In this document: one piece after another, positions 29,530-39,140 of the stretch
Numbering within the stretch: the stretch's first letter is position 1
Layout: each line of letters opens with the position of its first letter
Virus record (IMG/VR): IMGVR_UViG_3300024346_000009
Source of the DNA: a virus
Reading direction: 5' to 3' (one strand)
Length of the DNA stretch: 64,000 nt
Made by a program: the position numbers and the translations under genes
Notes under the pieces: generated by a model
What the model saw: the letters and a program-made list of their open reading frames with translations, nothing else
What the model was told of the DNA's origin: nothing
Databases searched by the model: none

Positions 29530-29916
29530 ATGTTTGAATTGACTGAACAAACCTTTACACTATACGCTATTAAACATTATGATAACCCTGCTTGCAAAGG
29601 CATGGCAGAATTTCATGATGATTTAAAGAAATTTAGATACTTAAAAAGACTCTTTAGGAAATACACTACAGGTAGTGAGCTTAAGGAGAGATTAATAATA
29701 AACCATCTGGTTGTTTTATATAACCTTTTTGGACCTGAGGCGGCTACTAAGATGCTCTTCTTTAAGATTGAAGAAGAGTTTTGGCCACAGCTAAAAACAT
29801 TTCTGGTGTTCTTAAGCTACATGCCGATAGGTTCAATTGTACTTAACAGTATGAAGATAGAGGGATATGAAATTCCTCTTGACGAAGCTGTTGCAGAAGC
29901 TTTAGGAAAACTTTAA
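29530..29916 (+). CDS. conserved T4-like hypothetical protein
   Basis: YAIKHYDNP.C..EF..DL, ERLIINH. Confidence 0.75.
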   Translation: MFELTEQTFTLYAIKHYDNPACKGMAEFHDDLKKFRYLKRLFRKYTTGSELKERLIINHLVVLYNLFGPEAATKMLFFKIEEEFWPQLKTFLVFLSYMPIGSIVLNSMKIEGYEIPLDEAVAEALGKL

Positions 29917-30452
29917 TGGGTCGGTTTGTAGATTCTATCATTGCTTATCGTATTTTACGGATGCTTACAACGCCATTCGAAAATACTGATGCCTATCAAC
30001 TTGGTATCATTGATATTAAGGGTAAAGAGTTGAAGAAGATGAGTTCTTTAAACTCAGTAAATGAGCGTGACGCTTATTCTATTCTTCATCGAATGATTTT
30101 TCGTATTAAGAGAATAATTGAAAAGGTACCGGTCGATAATAAAAAACTTATTACCTTTGCCGCCGCCTTATCTCTAGTTAAAGAGCATGCGCATGTAACA
30201 AGTGAACCTATAGACCTAGAGTCACAGTTTATGGATAGATTGGACTTTGATCTTCAAAAAGAGATTCAAATTACAGAAGAGTTTTTAGGTAACACAAATA
30301 TGTTTACCTTTAAACAATTTGTAGAAGAAGCTCCTGCTAACAATGCAGCAGCAACCCCAGGTGTAGCCGGATTTACACCTGATACCCTAGGTGTGCCTAA
30401 AAGCACACGTCCCCCACTACTGAAGCGAAAGAAGGTAATTAAAAATGTTTAA
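29916..30452 (+). CDS. conserved T4-like hypothetical protein
   Basis: YRILRMLTTPF..AYQLGIID..G. Confidence 0.75.
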   Translation: MGRFVDSIIAYRILRMLTTPFENTDAYQLGIIDIKGKELKKMSSLNSVNERDAYSILHRMIFRIKRIIEKVPVDNKKLITFAAALSLVKEHAHVTSEPIDLESQFMDRLDFDLQKEIQITEEFLGNTNMFTFKQFVEEAPANNAAATPGVAGFTPDTLGVPKSTRPPLLKRKKVIKNV

Positions 30453-30822
30453 ATCAATTAAAGAATTTTTTGTAGGTAAACCAAAGGTTGAAGACCCCCC
30501 TGCTGAATGCCCCTACATGGCAGAGGTTATACCTGTTGGAACAGAGGCAACGATTGTAGCATCGTCTACAACAACTGCTGCTGTATCAGGTGAGCAAGCT
30601 CAACCTGCACCAATAACAATTACACCTGAGACCGTCGTTATTTCTATCTCTGATAATATGAATGTCAGTGTTGGGAGCCAATCAGATACTATTACACTAA
30701 CACCCCCGGTCGCTAATTCAGGCGCCTGGCCATTTCCCACCGCTGCACCATTGGAGTCTGTAGTTAAGAAAACAACTACACCTGCCATTAAAGCAACTAA
30801 AAAACCACGTAAGAAGAAGTAA
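30445..30822 (+). CDS. hypothetical low-complexity protein
   Basis: Coupled ORF, Pro/Thr-rich, basic tail. Confidence 0.55.
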   Translation: MFKSIKEFFVGKPKVEDPPAECPYMAEVIPVGTEATIVASSTTTAAVSGEQAQPAPITITPETVVISISDNMNVSVGSQSDTITLTPPVANSGAWPFPTAAPLESVVKKTTTPAIKATKKPRKKK

Positions 30823-31179
30823 ATGGCGGAACCAATGTCAAAAGCAGATCTGGAAACAGAGACCAGAGTATCGGTACTTGAAACCCAGGTCGACACTATT
30901 GCAGGTAGCGTAATTAAATTAGAACAAAAAATTGATTCTAATTATGCAACGTTACATAGTCGAATTAGTGACTTGAGGGACGATCTACGTAATGACATTG
31001 ATGTTAAGCATGAGAAAATTATTGATAAGCTTGATGCACAAAACAAAGCCAGTACCGACCAACATAAGCTTATTTCAGATAAGATAAGCTCTATTGAAAA
31101 ATGGCGTTACATGATGGTTGGTGGTTCAATAGTAATGGGATATGTTCTGGCACACATTAAGTTAGATAAACTATTTTAA
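30823..31179 (+). CDS. coiled-coil protein with C-terminal TM (XhlA-like architecture)
   Basis: RVSVLE..coiled coil..EKWRY then hydrophobic segment. Confidence 0.55.
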   Translation: MAEPMSKADLETETRVSVLETQVDTIAGSVIKLEQKIDSNYATLHSRISDLRDDLRNDIDVKHEKIIDKLDAQNKASTDQHKLISDKISSIEKWRYMMVGGSIVMGYVLAHIKLDKLF

Positions 31180-31180
31180 C

Positions 31181-31209
31181 TTGCCTTTTTAACAGTTCTA
31201 TATTATAAT
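31181..31209 (+). promoter_or_regulatory. sigma70-like promoter
   Basis: TTGCCT-17-TATAAT. Confidence 0.7.
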
Positions 31210-31210
31210 A

Positions 31211-31234
31211 AGGCCTCTCTAAGAGGCTTTTTTT
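31211..31234 (+). terminator. intrinsic terminator
   Basis: GCCTCT-CTA-AGAGGC plus T-run. Confidence 0.7.
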
Positions 31235-31237
31235 ATT

Positions 31238-32251
31238 ATGTCCGTATTCCTTGACCAAAAATACCTTATGCTTATAAGTAACCGTCTTCCTTTGTTCAAG
31301 AAGAAGAAGGATAATACGTATAACTGTAGGTGCGTGATATGTGGTGACTCACAAAAGAACAGACACAAAATGCGGGGGTACTTCTTCGCATATAAAACCG
31401 ATTTGCGGTACAAGTGTTACAATTGTGACTTATCGTTGAGTTTTGGTAACTTTCTTAAATCTCAAGACTCAATAATGTACTCACAGTATGCGTTAGAGAA
31501 GTATAGTGAAGGTCATACTAAATCTGCAAATGTAGTACCAGAGTTTAAATTTGAGGAACCAGTTTTTAAAAATAAAGACGAAAAACTACTTGATAAGATA
31601 TTAGATAGAGTAGATACACTGCCGGCAGACCATGAAGTAGTTTTGTTCTGTAACAGTAGAAAGATACCTAAAGAAAAGCAAAAACAACTCTATTTTATTA
31701 ATAACATTAAAGATATTGTACAATTAAATGACAAGTATAAAGAAAGTATTCAAGGCGAGGAACCCCGATTGGTGCTCCCTTTTTACGATAGCAACAATCA
31801 GTTATCTGGGGTTACCTGTAGAGCCTTACGCGGTGAAGCGCTTCGTTACATCACTATCAAAGTTAAAGACAACGTACCGCTCTTATTCGGTATAGACTCT
31901 GTAAACAAGAGTAAACCTATATACGTTGTAGAGGGACCTATTGATAGTCTGTTCTTAGATAATGCAATTGCCGTAAGTGGTACATCGTTTGGAAAGCTTA
32001 ATGAGACCGGTCTTGATAAAGATAAATTAATTGTTGTATTTGATAATCAACCTCGCAATAAAGAAGTATGCAAGTTGATTGAAAAAAATATAGAACTAGG
32101 TTATAATATAGTTCTGTGGCCGCAGACGATCGTAGAAAAAGATATTAATGAGATGGTAATAGCTGGTCATAATGTTAAGAAAATTATTAAAGATAATACT
32201 TTCAACGGACTTACAGCAAAGATGAAGTTTATTGGGTGGAAGCGATGTTAA
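31238..32251 (+). CDS. 61: DNA primase gp61
   Basis: C..CGDS zinc finger, EGPIDSLF, KDINEM. Confidence 0.96.
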   Translation: MSVFLDQKYLMLISNRLPLFKKKKDNTYNCRCVICGDSQKNRHKMRGYFFAYKTDLRYKCYNCDLSLSFGNFLKSQDSIMYSQYALEKYSEGHTKSANVVPEFKFEEPVFKNKDEKLLDKILDRVDTLPADHEVVLFCNSRKIPKEKQKQLYFINNIKDIVQLNDKYKESIQGEEPRLVLPFYDSNNQLSGVTCRALRGEALRYITIKVKDNVPLLFGIDSVNKSKPIYVVEGPIDSLFLDNAIAVSGTSFGKLNETGLDKDKLIVVFDNQPRNKEVCKLIEKNIELGYNIVLWPQTIVEKDINEMVIAGHNVKKIIKDNTFNGLTAKMKFIGWKRC

Positions 32252-32280
32252 GAAGTTTTATTAATAATAAATAACCTACA

Positions 32281-32709
32281 ATGTGGATATTAAATTTTCT
32301 TCCTGCTAGCTTCTTTCATATAATCGGTATAGTCGGCATACTGGCGGTTCTCTCCGGTATACTCCTTAAAAGAATTCCTTTCGTTAATACTTATTCTTTT
32401 CCAATTCAAATAGTTGGATTTGTAGTAGTGTGTCTAAGTCTCTTCTTCGAGGGCGCATTGTATAATAATGCTGAATGGATTTCTAGAGTAAAAGAGATGG
32501 AAGATAAGGTGGCGGCAGCTGAAGTAGAGAGCAAAAAAGAGACTATTAAGATAGTACAGAAGGTTGTTGTCAAGCAGCAAATAGTTAAAGAGCGCGGTGA
32601 AGATATTATTAAGTACGTTGACCGGGAAATAACTAAATACGATAACACCTGTGTTATTCCTAACGAGTTTGTTAAAGCCCTTAACGATGCTGCCAGGGAT
32701 ATAAGATGA
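32281..32709 (+). CDS. inner-membrane spanin (Rz-like)
   Basis: TM segments plus coiled coil, next to a lipoprotein. Confidence 0.65.
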   Translation: MWILNFLPASFFHIIGIVGILAVLSGILLKRIPFVNTYSFPIQIVGFVVVCLSLFFEGALYNNAEWISRVKEMEDKVAAAEVESKKETIKIVQKVVVKQQIVKERGEDIIKYVDREITKYDNTCVIPNEFVKALNDAARDIR

Positions 32710-32963
32710 GATATCTCTTACTTCTTTTACTACTCACCGGCTGTTCAACCACAGTACCGGTTACTGCTAAGTTTCCAGAAGCACCAAATGAAATATTACA
32801 GAAGTGCCCTGCACTTAAACAGCTAGGGGAAGATGTTAAACTTAGTGAAGTAGCAAAAAACATTACATACAATTACACAACATATTATGAATGCGTGATC
32901 AAGCACGATGCCTGGATTGAATGGTATCAGTCACAAAAAAAGATTTTTGAATCTATTAAATAA
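32706..32963 (+). CDS. outer-membrane spanin (Rz1-like lipoprotein)
   Basis: Lipobox LTGC; P.AP..C..NY..Y.EC. Confidence 0.7.
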   Translation: MRYLLLLLLLTGCSTTVPVTAKFPEAPNEILQKCPALKQLGEDVKLSEVAKNITYNYTTYYECVIKHDAWIEWYQSQKKIFESIK

Positions 32964-32989
32964 AAAAAATAAGTAGGAAAAATAAAAGT

Positions 32990-34795
32990 ATGAATACAGT
33001 ACATGGTATTGTGGTAGACTATTCTCGCGACGGCTTGTTTGATACACTGGGTGTATTACGTCTTAGAGAATCGTATATGCGTGATGATGAGGTATCACCA
33101 CAAGAGAGATTTGCTTTTGTATCAAAAGCTTTTGGAACGGATGAAGAACATGCGCAACGATTATATAATTATTCTTCTAAGCATTGGCTCAGCTATTCTA
33201 CTCCTATCCTATCCTTTGGTAGGTCGGCGAGGGGTTTACCTATTAGCTGCTTCCTACCTTACCTTGATGACTCTAGCGCTGGTCTCGTTAACACATTATC
33301 CGAAGTAAATTGGCTCAGCATGCTGGGCGGAGGAATTGGAATTGGAATTGGAATTCGTGCATCAGATGACAAGAGCGTTGGGGTTATGCCTCATCTTAGA
33401 ACTTATGATGCTTCAAGTCTCGCTTACCGACAGGGTAGGACTCGCCGTGGTAGTTATGCTGCATACCTTGATATTAGTCACCCTGATATTCTCTTATTTC
33501 TAGAGATGAGAAAACCAACTGGTGATCCCAATATGAGGACCCAAAACTTGCATCATGGTATTAATATTACCGATGAGTTTATGCAGTTGGTCGAACGCAG
33601 TATGATTGACAAAGACGCAGACGATTCTTGGAACTTAGTTGACCCACATAACAGTGAAGTAAGAGAGGTGGTGTCTGCGCGGGAACTCTGGCAACGTATT
33701 CTTGATATGCGTATGCAGACCGGTGAACCTTATCTACACTTTATCGATACGAGTAATAAACATATGCCAGAGTTTCAAAAGAAACTTGGTTTAAAAATTC
33801 GTCAATCTAATCTGTGTTCAGAAATTATTCTTCCTACAGATAAAGAGAGAACTGCGGTCTGTTGTTTATCGTCTCTAAACTTGGAGTACTATGATGAGTG
33901 GAAAAATGATACTTTATTCCTTAATGATGTTGCTGAAATGCTTGACAATGTACTTCAGTATTTTATTGATAATGCTCCTACCACCGTTGAGCGTGCAAGG
34001 TTCTCTGCCACACGTGAGCGCTCTATTGGCGTCGGTGCTCTGGGCTTCCATGCTTATCTCCAACAATGCGGAATCCCTTTTGAATCACCTATGGCCGTCG
34101 GAAGAAATAGACAAATTTTTAAACACATCAGGGAGCAACTAGATGAAGCTAATCAACAGCTTGGAAAACTTCGCGGAGAAGCACCTGATGCAGTGGGGAG
34201 TGGGCAGCGCTTTAGCCACCTTATGGCTATTGCTCCTAATGCTTCTAGTTCAATTATCATGGGTAATACTTCTCCTAGTATCGAGCCATACCGTGCTAAT
34301 GCCTATCGCCAAGACACTCTTTCGGGGTCTCATCTGACGAAGAACAAGTGGTTAGATAGAGTTATTCAAAAACACCTGTCTGGTGATGGTGATATAGTAT
34401 CACAAGATGACTACAATGAAATTTGGTCAAGCATTATTGCAAACGATGGTTCAGTACAACACCTTACATGGATGGATCAATGGCAGAAAGATGTATTTAA
34501 AACGTCAATGGAAATAGACCAGAGATGGCTTGTACAGCATGCCGCCGATCGCCAAGAATATATTGATCAAGCACAATCACTTAACCTGTTCTTCCGGCCA
34601 GACGTTAATATTAAGTATCTACACGCCGTCCATTTCCTTGCTTGGAAAACAGGACTTAAGACCTTGTACTATTGTCGTAGTGAAAAGATTGGTAAGGCAG
34701 ATAAAGTATCTAAACGTATTGAACGAGAAGTAATTAAAGAATTGGATATGAAGGCAATTATTGATGGTGATGTTTGTTTAGCCTGCGAAGGCTAG
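32990..34795 (+). CDS. nrdA: class I ribonucleotide reductase alpha
   Basis: ISCF, SNLCSE, APNAS, KTLYY, terminal C..C. Confidence 0.96.
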   Translation: MNTVHGIVVDYSRDGLFDTLGVLRLRESYMRDDEVSPQERFAFVSKAFGTDEEHAQRLYNYSSKHWLSYSTPILSFGRSARGLPISCFLPYLDDSSAGLVNTLSEVNWLSMLGGGIGIGIGIRASDDKSVGVMPHLRTYDASSLAYRQGRTRRGSYAAYLDISHPDILLFLEMRKPTGDPNMRTQNLHHGINITDEFMQLVERSMIDKDADDSWNLVDPHNSEVREVVSARELWQRILDMRMQTGEPYLHFIDTSNKHMPEFQKKLGLKIRQSNLCSEIILPTDKERTAVCCLSSLNLEYYDEWKNDTLFLNDVAEMLDNVLQYFIDNAPTTVERARFSATRERSIGVGALGFHAYLQQCGIPFESPMAVGRNRQIFKHIREQLDEANQQLGKLRGEAPDAVGSGQRFSHLMAIAPNASSSIIMGNTSPSIEPYRANAYRQDTLSGSHLTKNKWLDRVIQKHLSGDGDIVSQDDYNEIWSSIIANDGSVQHLTWMDQWQKDVFKTSMEIDQRWLVQHAADRQEYIDQAQSLNLFFRPDVNIKYLHAVHFLAWKTGLKTLYYCRSEKIGKADKVSKRIEREVIKELDMKAIIDGDVCLACEG

Positions 34796-35437
34796 ATGAA
34801 AACAATAGCTTTATTTGTATGTGATCCAAAGTGCTCCGTACAAAGTAGCAATGGTATTATTAACGCTTTAGGTGATTATTATAAATTTAAGCTATTTTCA
34901 AAAAACGAAGTTGAATATAATTTTTTTGATAATGTTGACATAATAGCTGTACCAGGGGGATTTGGTCACTCGGATTCCTTTGATACGTTATTAAAACATA
35001 ATGGTGAATCGATTGTTAAATATGTTAGGAGCGGGACACCCTATCTCGGTATTTGTATGGGTGCTTATTGGGCTGGTAAACATTACTTTAATATTCTAGA
35101 TGATGTTGATGCCGTACAGTACTTAAAGCAATCTAATACCGATACACGCAGACCACATGCAAAGAACATTAAAATAGAGTGGTTAGGTAAACCTATGAAT
35201 ATGTTTTGGTACGATGGGTGTGCTTTTACAGGACCGGGGTACTACGATACTATTGCAAAGTACTCTAATGATGACCCAATGGCAATTATACAAAATAATA
35301 TAGGGCTGATAGGATGCCACCCTGAAAGTCAACAATTTTGGTATGATAGCTACAGCTGGTTAAAGGGTAAATATCATAACGGTGAACATCATAAATTATT
35401 ACTAGAGTTTGTAAACGAATTAATTAACAGAAAATAA
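34796..35437 (+). CDS. class I glutamine amidotransferase-like (BPL_N-type) protein
   Basis: PGG, GICMGAY, HPE triad motifs. Confidence 0.75.
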   Translation: MKTIALFVCDPKCSVQSSNGIINALGDYYKFKLFSKNEVEYNFFDNVDIIAVPGGFGHSDSFDTLLKHNGESIVKYVRSGTPYLGICMGAYWAGKHYFNILDDVDAVQYLKQSNTDTRRPHAKNIKIEWLGKPMNMFWYDGCAFTGPGYYDTIAKYSNDDPMAIIQNNIGLIGCHPESQQFWYDSYSWLKGKYHNGEHHKLLLEFVNELINRK

Positions 35438-35438
35438 A

Positions 35439-36431
35439 ATGTCAAAGAAAAATCAAAGTATACTTACAGATGAACGTAATTCCTTTAAACCGTTTAATTA
35501 TCCATGGGCGTATGATGCATGGTTAAAGCATGAGCAAAGTCATTGGCTTCACACCGAAGTACCAATGGTAGAGGATGTTAAGGATTGGAAGAAGAAGCTT
35601 ACTCAAGAAGAAAAGACATTCTTGACTAACATCTTTCGATTCTTTACTCAAGGTGATATAGATGTTGCAGGTGGATATGTAAATAACTATCTACCTTATT
35701 TCCCACAACCAGAGGTTCGGATGATGCTGCTTGGCTTTGCTGCACGTGAGGCACTACACATAGCCGCCTACTCGCATCTTATAGAGACCATTGGTCTGCC
35801 AGAAACTATGTATAATGAGTTTATGGAATATGCAGAGATGAAAGAGAAGCATGATTATGTATTAGAAATCTCACAACAAAACTCATCTAAAGAAAATACC
35901 GCTAAACACATTGCAGTATTTTCCGCCTTCACCGAAGGAATGCAGCTGTTTAGTTCCTTTATTATGTTACTGAACTTTCCACGTCACGGTAAAATGAAGG
36001 GCATGGGTCAGATTATAACTTGGTCTATTGTTGATGAAACACAACACTGTGAATCTATGATTAAGTTATTTAGAACTTATATTCAAGAGAACCCTGAGAT
36101 ATGGAACGATGAACTTAAAGGTCAGATATATACAATTGCTGAACGAATGGTTGAACTTGAAGATAAGTTTATTGATCTGGCATTCAGCCTAGGACCTATG
36201 GCTGATTTGGAGGCCGCTGATGTAAAGCGTTATATCAGGTACATTACTGACCGTCGCCTCATTAGCCTTGGTCTTAAGGGTATTATGAAGGTTAAGAAAA
36301 ACCCATTACCCTGGGTTGAAGAAATGATTAATGCACCTACGCATACTAACTTTTTTGAAAATAGAGCGACCGATTATGCTAAAGCCGCTCACACCGGTAC
36401 CTGGGATGAGGTCTGGGGTAAGGCTGCTTGA
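35439..36431 (+). CDS. nrdB: ribonucleotide reductase beta
   Basis: D..EALH..Y, EG, DETQH, NFFE. Confidence 0.96.
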   Translation: MSKKNQSILTDERNSFKPFNYPWAYDAWLKHEQSHWLHTEVPMVEDVKDWKKKLTQEEKTFLTNIFRFFTQGDIDVAGGYVNNYLPYFPQPEVRMMLLGFAAREALHIAAYSHLIETIGLPETMYNEFMEYAEMKEKHDYVLEISQQNSSKENTAKHIAVFSAFTEGMQLFSSFIMLLNFPRHGKMKGMGQIITWSIVDETQHCESMIKLFRTYIQENPEIWNDELKGQIYTIAERMVELEDKFIDLAFSLGPMADLEAADVKRYIRYITDRRLISLGLKGIMKVKKNPLPWVEEMINAPTHTNFFENRATDYAKAAHTGTWDEVWGKAA

Positions 36432-36862
36432 AAGAAAAATATATTAAAGCTCACATGAAGGTAGCTCAGGTTTATGCTGAGCTGTCAACAGCTGTACGTC
36501 TACAGGTGGGTTGTGTAATTGTTAAAGATAATACTATTATTGGTATTGGTTATAACGGTATGCCTTCAGGTTGGGACAACACCTGTGAAATAATTAAGCA
36601 CACCGATTTTACTGGTACAGTAGTAACTATGTCCAAGCCTGAGGTATTGCATGCTGAAACAAATGCAATTGCTAAAGTATCACGATCATCTAATTCAACT
36701 GACAGTGCTGATCTTTTTGTCACACATGCCCCCTGCCTTGAATGTGCTAAATTAATTTATCAGTCAGGAATAAAATCTGTTTATTATAGGGATATATATC
36801 GTGATACACGCGGGCTGGACTTTCTTCAAGCCTGTAACATAGAGGTAAATAAAATTGTATAA
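36428..36862 (+). CDS. cd: dCMP deaminase
   Basis: GYNG, HAETNA, PCLEC. Confidence 0.95.
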   Translation: MKEKYIKAHMKVAQVYAELSTAVRLQVGCVIVKDNTIIGIGYNGMPSGWDNTCEIIKHTDFTGTVVTMSKPEVLHAETNAIAKVSRSSNSTDSADLFVTHAPCLECAKLIYQSGIKSVYYRDIYRDTRGLDFLQACNIEVNKIV

Positions 36863-37004
36863 AGCATATACTTGTGACAGCTGTGAGGCTGCATTTAAAA
36901 TAAAACACTCATTAGATGAATCTTTTTTTGAAGTAAACTTCTGCCCATTCTGCAGTGCACAAATCGATGACGATGATGAACAGGAACCGGACGAATTCGA
37001 ATGA
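36855..37004 (+). CDS. small zinc-ribbon protein (49 aa, not in track)
   Basis: TTG start; CDSC..CPFC; acidic tail; stop coupled to next ATG. Confidence 0.65.
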   Translation: MYKAYTCDSCEAAFKIKHSLDESFFEVNFCPFCSAQIDDDDEQEPDEFE

Positions 37005-37399
37005 CCGACTGGACATACCACGGTGAGGTATTCCCTGAACCCGGAACTCACTATGGTTTTGTATACTTAATCACAAACTTAAAAACCGGTAGGCAGTATA
37101 TCGGCAAGAAGTTTTTTTGGTCGTTAAGACGAAAGCAAGTCAATAAGGTTAGAAAAAGAATTAAAATCGAATCAGATTGGAAGACGTACTGGTCATCCTC
37201 CGATGAGCTGCAGGCAGATGTTAATGAGCTGGGCCAAGAAAATTTTATGCGGGAAATAATATACTTGTGTCCGAGTAAGGGTACAACAAATTATTTGGAA
37301 GCAAAAGAGCAGTTCTCTAGAGGGGTACTCGAGAATAAGGATAAGTGGTATAATGGAATCATACAATGTAAGATCCATCGAAACCACGTAAAGTTATGA
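37001..37399 (+). CDS. GIY-YIG endonuclease
   Basis: GFVY..YIGKK, E..EQ, WYNG. Confidence 0.85.
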   Translation: MTDWTYHGEVFPEPGTHYGFVYLITNLKTGRQYIGKKFFWSLRRKQVNKVRKRIKIESDWKTYWSSSDELQADVNELGQENFMREIIYLCPSKGTTNYLEAKEQFSRGVLENKDKWYNGIIQCKIHRNHVKL

Positions 37400-38436
37400 T
37401 ATTAATTTTCTTAACACTACTTTCTGCTTTGGCAGTGTCTGCGGTTGCAGCTTATTTCTCCATTGCTGGGTTAGTGGCTATATTTGCCTCTGCACCTGTA
37501 CCAATTGCAACAATGGGTATAACGCTTGAAGTTGCGAAACTAGTAACTGCATCCTGGATATATCGAAACTGGGAGGTAGCACCTAGGTTATTAAAATACT
37601 ATTTTGTAATTGCCACAGTAATTCTTTCTTTAATTACCTCCATGGGTATATTTGGATACTTGAGTAAAGTACATTTAGATCAAAGTGTACCTAATGGTGA
37701 GACAGCGGCAAAGATTTCTTTATTTGATGAAAAAATAAAAATTGAAAGAGAGAATATTGATGTTAATCGCAAGGCACTTAAACAGCTTGATGAGGCAGTG
37801 GATCAAGTCATGGCACGCTCAACTTCAGAAACGGGTGCAGATCGAGCAGTGTCAATTCGACGTGCCCAACAGAAAGAACGTAGTAAGCTTCTTGCAGATA
37901 ACGAAAAGTCGCAAAAACTCATTGCAGGGTATAATGAAGAAAGAGCACCTATTGCCACGGAGCTTAGGAAAGTCGAAGCCGAGGTTGGCCCGATTAGGTA
38001 CATAGCTGCTTTCTTTTACGGGAGTACCGATCAGGATATCCTAGAGAAAGCTGTAACGTGGGTTATTATAGCTTTGATTATCGTATTTGATCCTCTCGCT
38101 ATCCTGTTACTTATTGCTGCTAACTTTTCCATCCGTGAACGTAACGGTACCAGACTAATACATGCTAAAGTGGTGGAACCTGAATTAAAGCCTAAACCAC
38201 CAGATGTACAACCCATTGCACCAACTCATAGTCCTACAGATGATATCCCGCCTGAAATAACCCCTGCTGAGAGTTCATTCTCTTATCCTGAAACCGTTAC
38301 GGATCCCGAGGGTGAGAAAGAGGGGTGGAGTAAAGAGTTATACCGTAAATTTTTGAATACTGATAAAATAAACATTGATCGATCGCGAATCCACTCAATT
38401 CCTAAAGAGATACTTGATAAGGTCTTTAAGAAGTAA
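37396..38436 (+). CDS. multi-pass membrane coiled-coil protein
   Basis: Three N-terminal TMs, coiled coil, FDPLA TM. Confidence 0.7.
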   Translation: MILIFLTLLSALAVSAVAAYFSIAGLVAIFASAPVPIATMGITLEVAKLVTASWIYRNWEVAPRLLKYYFVIATVILSLITSMGIFGYLSKVHLDQSVPNGETAAKISLFDEKIKIERENIDVNRKALKQLDEAVDQVMARSTSETGADRAVSIRRAQQKERSKLLADNEKSQKLIAGYNEERAPIATELRKVEAEVGPIRYIAAFFYGSTDQDILEKAVTWVIIALIIVFDPLAILLLIAANFSIRERNGTRLIHAKVVEPELKPKPPDVQPIAPTHSPTDDIPPEITPAESSFSYPETVTDPEGEKEGWSKELYRKFLNTDKINIDRSRIHSIPKEILDKVFKK

Positions 38437-38437
38437 C

Positions 38438-38466
38438 TTGACCGTAACTCAATTCTATGTTATAAT
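38438..38466 (+). promoter_or_regulatory. sigma70-like promoter
   Basis: TTGACC-17-TATAAT. Confidence 0.75.
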
Positions 38467-38487
38467 AACATATGTTAAGGAGATTAC

Positions 38488-38811
38488 ATGACTGATGATT
38501 TTGATGTTAAATTTAGTTACTTTGATAAGATTAAAGACGATGCAAGCTTTAGATCTATTTGGTCTATCTATGAAGTAAGTAATATGTACGATCTCTCTGG
38601 CTTTGAAGCTGAGACTCTTGTTTATAAAGACCATTGGGGTCATGAACGATCAGTATCGATTCCTCTACCCGGTGGTAACCTTAAGTGGTGGGACTTGTGG
38701 TCTGCCGCAGATAAAGCTATAATTGAATCAGAAGATAAGCATCATGTCTTTATTGAAGACTTTCAAAAGTCCACTGATGGTAAGACGTTATTTTTGAGAA
38801 CTGGAAGTTAA
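38488..38811 (+). CDS. hypothetical protein
   Basis: AAGGAG SD; D.HHVFIEDF..L.TGS. Confidence 0.7.
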   Translation: MTDDFDVKFSYFDKIKDDASFRSIWSIYEVSNMYDLSGFEAETLVYKDHWGHERSVSIPLPGGNLKWWDLWSAADKAIIESEDKHHVFIEDFQKSTDGKTLFLRTGS

Positions 38812-38813
38812 TT

Positions 38814-39140
38814 ATGAGTCAAGTTGAAGCCCGTGCTTACGAGCCTACCTACTATTCTAATGCAAATGAAGAAGATCAAAAAGTATTTCGTGAATGGTTA
38901 GGTGGTGTGTTGCGTATGCATTATGTTAATATCCATTTTCGTAAGAAAGATGGTTCTATTCGTATCATGAATTGTACCTTGCAAGAAGGTAAGACGTTAG
39001 ATTATGAAAAGAAGACCGATCGAGTTAAGGCCGTGAGTGAAGATACATGCCCGGTTTATGATATTGATAAAAAAGAATGGCGATCATTCCGTTATGATGC
39101 TGTTACTGAGATTAGATTTAACTTAGGGGAAGGTCGATGA
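38814..39140 (+). CDS. SH3/WYL-like beta-barrel protein
   Basis: F.KKDGS.R.M.CTL..D.DK.EWRSF. Confidence 0.7.
   Translation: MSQVEARAYEPTYYSNANEEDQKVFREWLGGVLRMHYVNIHFRKKDGSIRIMNCTLQEGKTLDYEKKTDRVKAVSEDTCPVYDIDKKEWRSFRYDAVTEIRFNLGEGR

Noticed and set aside
37001-37399. Mobile homing endonuclease or intron
   Set aside because: Catalytic domain only, no DNA-binding extension; neighbouring genes are uninterrupted
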